The position numbers were made by a program, and so were the translations under genes. The notes under the pieces are model-generated. The model was not told the origin of the DNA. It saw nothing but the letters and a program-made list of their open reading frames with translations, and ran no database searches. A stretch of 64,000 bases of DNA from Candidatus Ozemobacteraceae bacterium (lineage in GTDB: Bacteria > Muiribacteriota > Ozemobacteria > Ozemobacterales > Ozemobacteraceae), in the NCBI GenBank assembly GCA_965140445.1, contig OZ223236.1:96001-160000 (forward strand). The letters run 5' to 3'. Below are positions 58,367 to 64,000 of this stretch, piece after piece (the stretch's first letter is position 1; each line of letters begins with the position of its first letter).

Positions 58367-59674
58367 TTGATGACCAAAATAGTAGCAATAAGGCGAGAAG
58401 ATAAGAACAAATGGGAAAAACGCGTACCATTGGTTCCTGAAGATATCGCTAAACTCAGCAAAGAAAACATTAAAATTTTAGCCCAGCCATCAGACATAAG
58501 AATCTATAAAGATTCAGATTATGAAGCTGTTGGAGTAGAGCTGGAAGAAAATATCAGCCATGCCGATCTTGTAATAGGCGTAAAGGAAATGCCAATAAAG
58601 CAATTCCGCAAAAATGGCGCTTACATGTTCTTTTCTCACACGATAAAAGGACAACCATATAATATGGATATGCTAAAAAAGCTCATGGAGCTGGAATGCA
58701 CCCTGATCGATTATGAATGCATAGTTGATAAGAATAATCGCAGACTAGTTTTTTTTGGGCGGCATGCGGGACTTGCAGGCATGATCGACACCTTCCATGC
58801 TCTTGGATTAAGGCTAAAATCAGAAGGCATCCCCAATGTGTTTGAGCAAATCCATATGGCATACGAATACAAGAATCTTGATCATGCCAAAGCTGAAATA
58901 ACTAAAGTTGCAAAGCAAATTAAGGAAAATGGCCTTCCAAAAGGTCTGGCTCCTTTAGTTGTGGGTTTCGCTGGCTATGGAAACGTTTCGATTGGTGCTC
59001 AGGAAATTTTTAACCTTTTTCCATATAGAGAGATTACTCCAGAACAGCTACTTTCTGGCGAAGGAAATCAAGAGTCTACAAACGAACTTATAAAAGTTGT
59101 TTTCCGCGAAGAACACACTGTTGAACCCAAGAACCCGGAAAAAACATACAATCAAGCGGAATATTTTTCTCATCCAGAGCTTTATAAGTCAAAGTTCACC
59201 CCCTTTCTTGAAAAAATCAGCGTTCTTGTTAATTGCATCTTCTGGACAAACAAGTCACCCAGGCTTCTCACTATTGAAAATGCAAAAAGCATTTATTCAA
59301 AGCCAGATCCAAAACTTAAAGTCATTGGAGATATTTCCTGCGATATAAAAGGAAGCATTGAATGCACTTATCTTGCCACTCAGCCAGATGAGCCTAATTT
59401 TGTTTTCGACATTGATAAAAATGATATCCAGATGGGTGTAATCGGCAAAGGACCAGTGATAATGGCTGTGGATAATCTTCCTTGTGAGATTTCGAAAGCT
59501 TCTTCGAATCACTTTTCGAAGGCTCTCACCCCATTCATGGCTGACCTGATGAAATTCGATCCAAAAGCCAACTTCAGTGATACAAATTTCCCTGAACCAA
59601 TCAAAGAAGCTGTTATTTTGTGGAACGGTGAGCTAACTCCAAAATTTAAATTTATGGAAGAGTTCTTGGACTAG
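58367..59674 (+). CDS. lysine-ketoglutarate reductase / saccharopine dehydrogenase (AlaDH/PNT fold), stand-alone
   Basis: RREDKNKWEKRVPL, GVKE, FFSHTIKGQ, LIDYE, GYGNVSIGA, DISCD..GSIE, VDNLP. Confidence 0.85.
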   Translation: MMTKIVAIRREDKNKWEKRVPLVPEDIAKLSKENIKILAQPSDIRIYKDSDYEAVGVELEENISHADLVIGVKEMPIKQFRKNGAYMFFSHTIKGQPYNMDMLKKLMELECTLIDYECIVDKNNRRLVFFGRHAGLAGMIDTFHALGLRLKSEGIPNVFEQIHMAYEYKNLDHAKAEITKVAKQIKENGLPKGLAPLVVGFAGYGNVSIGAQEIFNLFPYREITPEQLLSGEGNQESTNELIKVVFREEHTVEPKNPEKTYNQAEYFSHPELYKSKFTPFLEKISVLVNCIFWTNKSPRLLTIENAKSIYSKPDPKLKVIGDISCDIKGSIECTYLATQPDEPNFVFDIDKNDIQMGVIGKGPVIMAVDNLPCEISKASSNHFSKALTPFMADLMKFDPKANFSDTNFPEPIKEAVILWNGELTPKFKFMEEFLD

Positions 59675-59761
59675 CCACATTAAAACATGCAGAAAAAGGC
59701 AGTAAATATTCTTGAAGTTGCCTTGCGTTCGAAACAGGATATACTTTAAGCAAAAGAAGTA

Positions 59762-60292
59762 TTGGAGAAAGTATCGGTGAAAGTCGCAAAATTCCTTCTC
59801 TTAGTTTTTATTCTGTCGTTAACGCCAGTCAAAGCCGAAATCTTTTATTCTGATGACCTCAATGGATTTGAGCTTGAACCATCTGTAATTGCCCAATTAG
59901 AGGAAAATCTGAAAAAAGAAGATGAAAGTGGTATGGCTACCATCTATATAAATGCTGCAGTGCCTGCCGATTCAGATTTTGATGGAGATAGTGACCTTCT
60001 GCTTTCTTATTCTCTACAGGGTATTGGCGGGGGCAACATGTCATTAATGTCGCTGGCCTATTTTGCCAGACAGAGCGGCAATCTAACCTTAAAAGCAGAA
60101 ATGGAAAATAGCTCCACGGGTACAGGAGTGGGCCGGATAATTGTCCCAACTGGTTTCAAAAACGGGTATTTTGAGTGTGAAACGTTGGAATTTTCAGATA
60201 ATGACGGAGCGGCGAATCCATCAATTAAAGGAAAAACAAGGTTAGTTTTTGATTCGGAACAACTTCGAGAGATTCCAGTCAACACAAAGTAA
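59762..60292 (+). CDS. exported acidic hypothetical protein
   Basis: signal peptide ending VKA; DFDGDSD loop. Confidence 0.7.
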   Translation: MEKVSVKVAKFLLLVFILSLTPVKAEIFYSDDLNGFELEPSVIAQLEENLKKEDESGMATIYINAAVPADSDFDGDSDLLLSYSLQGIGGGNMSLMSLAYFARQSGNLTLKAEMENSSTGTGVGRIIVPTGFKNGYFECETLEFSDNDGAANPSIKGKTRLVFDSEQLREIPVNTK

Positions 60293-60333
60293 GTTTTATA
60301 AAATTCAAACAATTGAAAGACATTAGCGCTCAT

Positions 60334-61488
60334 ATGACCGAAGAAAAAAATAAAATCAAAATAGCCTTAATAGCTTCGCCGGTTGGATTTAAAGGTGGTA
60401 CATTCAGACATCTGCTGAACTGGTGCCGCTTTTTTGATCAAAGAAAAATAGAAATAGCGCTTTTTTGTAGCTGGGCAAGCGAAGAAGACAAGGCTCAAGC
60501 TGATAGCTTTTTTAAAGAAATAGAGGGAATACAGTATTTCTCAAATAACTGGCTTCATCCCATATCAAACTGGCTAAAATTCGGAATATCAGAAATTTCT
60601 AATGCGTTAAACCATTTTAAGCCAGACGTAATTCATACTATTTTTATCCAACCCGACATCTTAATGTCTATTCTTTCGGCCAGAATCGGGTCACCAGCAC
60701 ACGTAAGTTCGTGGGAAGGAGCTTTGGTCGGGAAAAAGTTTCACAGCAAGCTTGGGCAAGCTCTTTATTCAATTGCCTATAAATTTATGCAGAACAAAAT
60801 TTCAGCTGTTATTTCAATCTCAGATGCCACTGCAAAAGAAAACTGCGTTGATTATGACGTACCAATAAGTAAAGTTAAGACAATACATAGCGGATTGGAT
60901 CTCAGTAAATTTGGTAACATTAAATCCGAATTCTCTGAAGCTCCAGTTGTTGGTTTAGTTAGCAGACTAACTGCAGAAAAAGAAGTTGAACTTTTTGTTC
61001 GCGCCATCCCGGAAGTTTTACAAACGCATCCAAATACCAGATTTGAGATCATTGGTGATGGACCAGACAGAAGCAAGCTTGAAAGCCTTGCAAAAGAGCT
61101 GGAGTTAACCTCAAATCTAACATTTAAAGGCTGGTGTCAAAACGTTTCAGAGGTTTTACCAACTTTAGATATATTTGTTTTTACGTCAAGCGGAGAGGGT
61201 CTTCCCTGGTGCATCCTGGAGGCCCAGGCCAGTGGTGTCCCATTAATCGCTTCTTCTGTTGGTGGAATCCCTGAAGTAATTACCAACAATTCAAATGGTC
61301 TGCTTGCTGAAACAAATTCACCTGAATGTTTTGCCAGCTGCATAAAAAAACTTTTAAGCAACCCAAAACTTGCAATGGAAATGGCTCAAAATGGCAGAAA
61401 GAAGATTGAAAATCATTTTACTATACAGAGAGAAGTGTCTGACATCACAAACCTGTATCTAAAGCTGATTAATAAAAGTCAGACCTGA
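60334..61488 (+). CDS. family 4 glycosyltransferase
   Basis: IGDGPDR, EGLPWCILEA (Ex7E), VGGIPE; start uncertain (60313 or 60334). Confidence 0.92.
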   Translation: MTEEKNKIKIALIASPVGFKGGTFRHLLNWCRFFDQRKIEIALFCSWASEEDKAQADSFFKEIEGIQYFSNNWLHPISNWLKFGISEISNALNHFKPDVIHTIFIQPDILMSILSARIGSPAHVSSWEGALVGKKFHSKLGQALYSIAYKFMQNKISAVISISDATAKENCVDYDVPISKVKTIHSGLDLSKFGNIKSEFSEAPVVGLVSRLTAEKEVELFVRAIPEVLQTHPNTRFEIIGDGPDRSKLESLAKELELTSNLTFKGWCQNVSEVLPTLDIFVFTSSGEGLPWCILEAQASGVPLIASSVGGIPEVITNNSNGLLAETNSPECFASCIKKLLSNPKLAMEMAQNGRKKIENHFTIQREVSDITNLYLKLINKSQT

Positions 61489-61507
61489 TTTTCCCCGGTT
61501 AAAAACC

Positions 61508-61783
61508 TCAATTTCCTCTGAGAGATTCGCCCAAAAATTTATCAGCACTATCACCAAGTCTTTCCCGAGCCTTATCAGTCTCTTTGGCAATTCTCTCTAT
61601 TTCAACTTTTAACCGATTGATGTCTTCTTCAACATAATTAATCTGATCAAGCTTCAGTTTCATATCATCAATATATCTTTTCGATTCAGCGATCTGCTCA
61701 TCCACAATTCTGATGTTGTTGAAATTGTTCAAACAAGCAAAAATCACAATAAATAAAGCAATGGCTATTGGGGCAATCTTCAT
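61508..61783 (-). CDS. small TM + coiled-coil protein
   Basis: N-terminal hydrophobic helix and heptad pattern; ATGA overlap with the upstream gene. Confidence 0.7.
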   Translation of the reverse strand: MKIAPIAIALFIVIFACLNNFNNIRIVDEQIAESKRYIDDMKLKLDQINYVEEDINRLKVEIERIAKETDKARERLGDSADKFLGESLRGN

Positions 61784-62052
61784 TCTAATTCCGCCTTTAT
61801 CTTCTTTAAAACTGCTTTTTTATAAGCATCTAGTTTAGATTGCGCCTCTCTCCGTTTAATTGTGAGCGAATCTCTTTCATCCAGGCATCTAGATTTCTTC
61901 TTGAACTCATCTTTCAGTAGAGCTATTTCAGAAGAAATTTTCTCCAGTTCCAGTTTCTTTTTAGCCAGTTCTTTCCTGGCAAACCCCAGTGAAATTGTCG
62001 AAACAATTAAAATAACTGTTAATAAAATTCGCAAAATTTTCTCTCCCACCAT
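61780..62052 (-). CDS. small TM + coiled-coil protein
   Basis: N-terminal hydrophobic helix and basic coiled coil. Confidence 0.7.
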   Translation of the reverse strand: MVGEKILRILLTVILIVSTISLGFARKELAKKKLELEKISSEIALLKDEFKKKSRCLDERDSLTIKRREAQSKLDAYKKAVLKKIKAELE

Positions 62053-62069
62053 GTCACAGATTTAAGTTC

Positions 62070-62960
62070 TCAGGTTTCAAATAGCATGTTTTGCTTAGGA
62101 ATTTCAATTCTCCATTTCTTAACATCTCTGAATGAACAAACCAAATTCCTTTTCCCGCATTCCTGCGTAAACAAGTTTTTTAACTGGCGATAATTCTGAC
62201 ACTGGGCGCTATAGCTATCGCCAAACTCTGCTTCATATTTTTCCCTGACTCCCGGGAAACGTCTATCCAGCTCTCGAAAATAATACTCTCTCTGCTGGTC
62301 TCTCAATGTCATCCCAAAACCCGGAACAATGTATTGTGCTCCATTTTCTGCAGCCAGCTCCACAATCTTTGCAATTTTGTCTTCTGAGTCTTCTATAAAG
62401 GGAAGGATCGGCATCATTGCTACCCCAACGTAAATTCCAGCCATAGCAAGATGCTTCATTGCAGCCAGTCGTCGTGAAGAACAAGGGGCAAATGGTTCTA
62501 TGCTCATACTTAAGTCATCATCTGGAGTCGTTATAGTAAAGGTTACATTTACAAAAGTTCTTGCTGCAATTTTTTTTAGCATATCCAAATCTCTCAAAAT
62601 TAGATCACTTTTGGTATGAACGTGAACGGGAAAACAAAAGTCACTGATAAGTGACAAAGCCATTCTGGTAAAGCCCAAATCCTTTTCTGACAATGTATAG
62701 GGGTCAGACATTGAACCTGTGCCGATTATTCCTTTGATCCTTTTTTTGCCCAACTCTTCTTCGAGTAAATCCAGAGTATTTTCTTTGATAGTTATCGTGT
62801 CAAAATCCTCAATCTGGTAGCAACGACTTCTGGAATCACAGTAGATACAACCGTGCTCGCAACCACGATAAATATTCATTCTATATTTATGGCCGAACCA
62901 ATCTTCCTCTGGATTACATGAAAGTAAAATTTTTCTGGCTTTAGTAGTTCTAATTTCCAT
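62070..62960 (-). CDS. radical SAM protein (Rv2578c/SplB-like)
   Basis: NIYRGCEHGCIYC, SDPY, TKSDLILRD. Confidence 0.9.
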   Translation of the reverse strand: MEIRTTKARKILLSCNPEEDWFGHKYRMNIYRGCEHGCIYCDSRSRCYQIEDFDTITIKENTLDLLEEELGKKRIKGIIGTGSMSDPYTLSEKDLGFTRMALSLISDFCFPVHVHTKSDLILRDLDMLKKIAARTFVNVTFTITTPDDDLSMSIEPFAPCSSRRLAAMKHLAMAGIYVGVAMMPILPFIEDSEDKIAKIVELAAENGAQYIVPGFGMTLRDQQREYYFRELDRRFPGVREKYEAEFGDSYSAQCQNYRQLKNLFTQECGKRNLVCSFRDVKKWRIEIPKQNMLFET

Positions 62961-62973
62961 TGGGCTAAATCAA

Positions 62974-62997
62974 AAAAGGGGCTTTGCAGCCCCTTTT
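62974..62997 (-). terminator. intrinsic terminator
   Basis: AAAAGGGGCT/AGCCCCTTTT hairpin with T-run. Confidence 0.8.
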
Positions 62998-63012
62998 AAA
63001 AACATATCTGGT

Positions 63013-63999
63013 TTATTTTCTTGCAGCGTTTTCAACAAACTTTTCTACACGCTTAAGTATTCTGGCCGCTTCCTGATCATTTTCATGAAGCACCCTGTGT
63101 CTTAAAGCCTCACGAAGGGGCTTTAAGTTTTTGGTAATTGCAAGAACGTATGGATACCATCGCTTTGGTAAAGCTTCGACTCTATCCAGTGACATTTCGG
63201 TCCTTACTAATTCACCATTCTTTACCCCTCTACACAGGAGGTTTTGAATTTTGTTAATTACCATTCTCAAAATATTTGCCTGATTTTTTTTCTGAGTAGA
63301 AGTTAAACTATTTTTCATTTCTTCGAGAGAAATGTGTAGTCTTTCTACGTAATCAAGCAACCTTGAAAAATCTTCGACCTTCTCTGGATCGAAAACCCAA
63401 ATAGTGGGGTTGTTTCTCAAAGGAACAAACTTATTTGGGGAATCTTTGTAAGCAACAGACATCAGCAATGCGTATTTTCCGGCGATCTCAGGAGCTGGTA
63501 CATTTACAAAACGCATAGATACGTGAGAGTTTGCACCACTTCCCTTAAGATTTGCTGACTCAAGAGTATATCCATTATTGGAAAAACGAAGTTTTTCTTT
63601 AGAAGTCGTATCTTTATCGTTTCGAAGAATTGTTACTGTTCCACGATTTAGACCTTCCATCTTCCATCTTGCCGGATACTCAACCCTGATCTTATCAATC
63701 CCTTTTCCGTTGGCGAAAATATGTAGTTCACCCATTGAAATTGGCTCTAATGCAAATGGAAGATCTGCAATCTGCATGAAGGCAGCAGCATCACTAAATT
63801 TTCCAAAAATTGAATCGAATTCCTTCTTAAACATCTGAGCAATCGCTTTAGAATGAATAACCAGAACATTTTCATCATTAGCTTTATTTCCATTAGTGGA
63901 AGCATTCTCAGAGCCAAGAACAACTATTGGATTTTCTCCATCAGGATCAACTACAAAAACCTTGTGATGAAATTTCCCGCGACCAGGAAAAATCTTTAC
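63013..63999 (-). CDS. phospholipase D-domain protein, 5'-truncated by the window edge
   Basis: frame is open upstream of 63834 and reads KFHHKVFVVD...LGSENAS...NDENVLVI (HxKxxxxD + GSxN). Confidence 0.85.
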   Translation of the reverse strand, partial: VKIFPGRGKFHHKVFVVDPDGENPIVVLGSENASTNGNKANDENVLVIHSKAIAQMFKKEFDSIFGKFSDAAAFMQIADLPFALEPISMGELHIFANGKGIDKIRVEYPARWKMEGLNRGTVTILRNDKDTTSKEKLRFSNNGYTLESANLKGSGANSHVSMRFVNVPAPEIAGKYALLMSVAYKDSPNKFVPLRNNPTIWVFDPEKVEDFSRLLDYVERLHISLEEMKNSLTSTQKKNQANILRMVINKIQNLLCRGVKNGELVRTEMSLDRVEALPKRWYPYVLAITKNLKPLREALRHRVLHENDQEAARILKRVEKFVENAARK

Positions 64000-64000
64000 T

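Overview
AT-rich bacterial chromosomal window, probably from an anaerobe. The gene content (tandem 4-TM HAMP-cyclases, stand-alone pseudopilin triplet) is reminiscent of Candidatus Riflebacteria, but that assignment is inference only. It holds about 55 CDS and I found no rRNA, tRNA, CRISPR array or mobile element. Recognisable parts: two hybrid histidine kinases, yciH, rqcH, a methyltransferase/GT/Wzx glycan locus, a phaJ-kal-bcd-etfB-etfA operon, a pseudopilin + secreted protein + ECF sigma/anti-sigma locus, CorA, PadR-DUF1700/DUF4097, an ANT(6)-like adenylyltransferase, asnB-GT2, an LKR-type saccharopine dehydrogenase, a radical SAM protein and a partial PLD-domain protein. Top candidate: two adjacent membrane class III cyclase genes (16548-22500) with complementary catalytic residues. 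One keeps the metal-binding Asp pair and the other keeps the Asn/Arg/KGK set, suggesting an obligate two-gene heterodimer analogous to mammalian C1/C2. Also notable: a repeated ECF-type promoter, an A9 frameshift in a Sel1 lipoprotein, and repeated Rex/CRP-like boxes.
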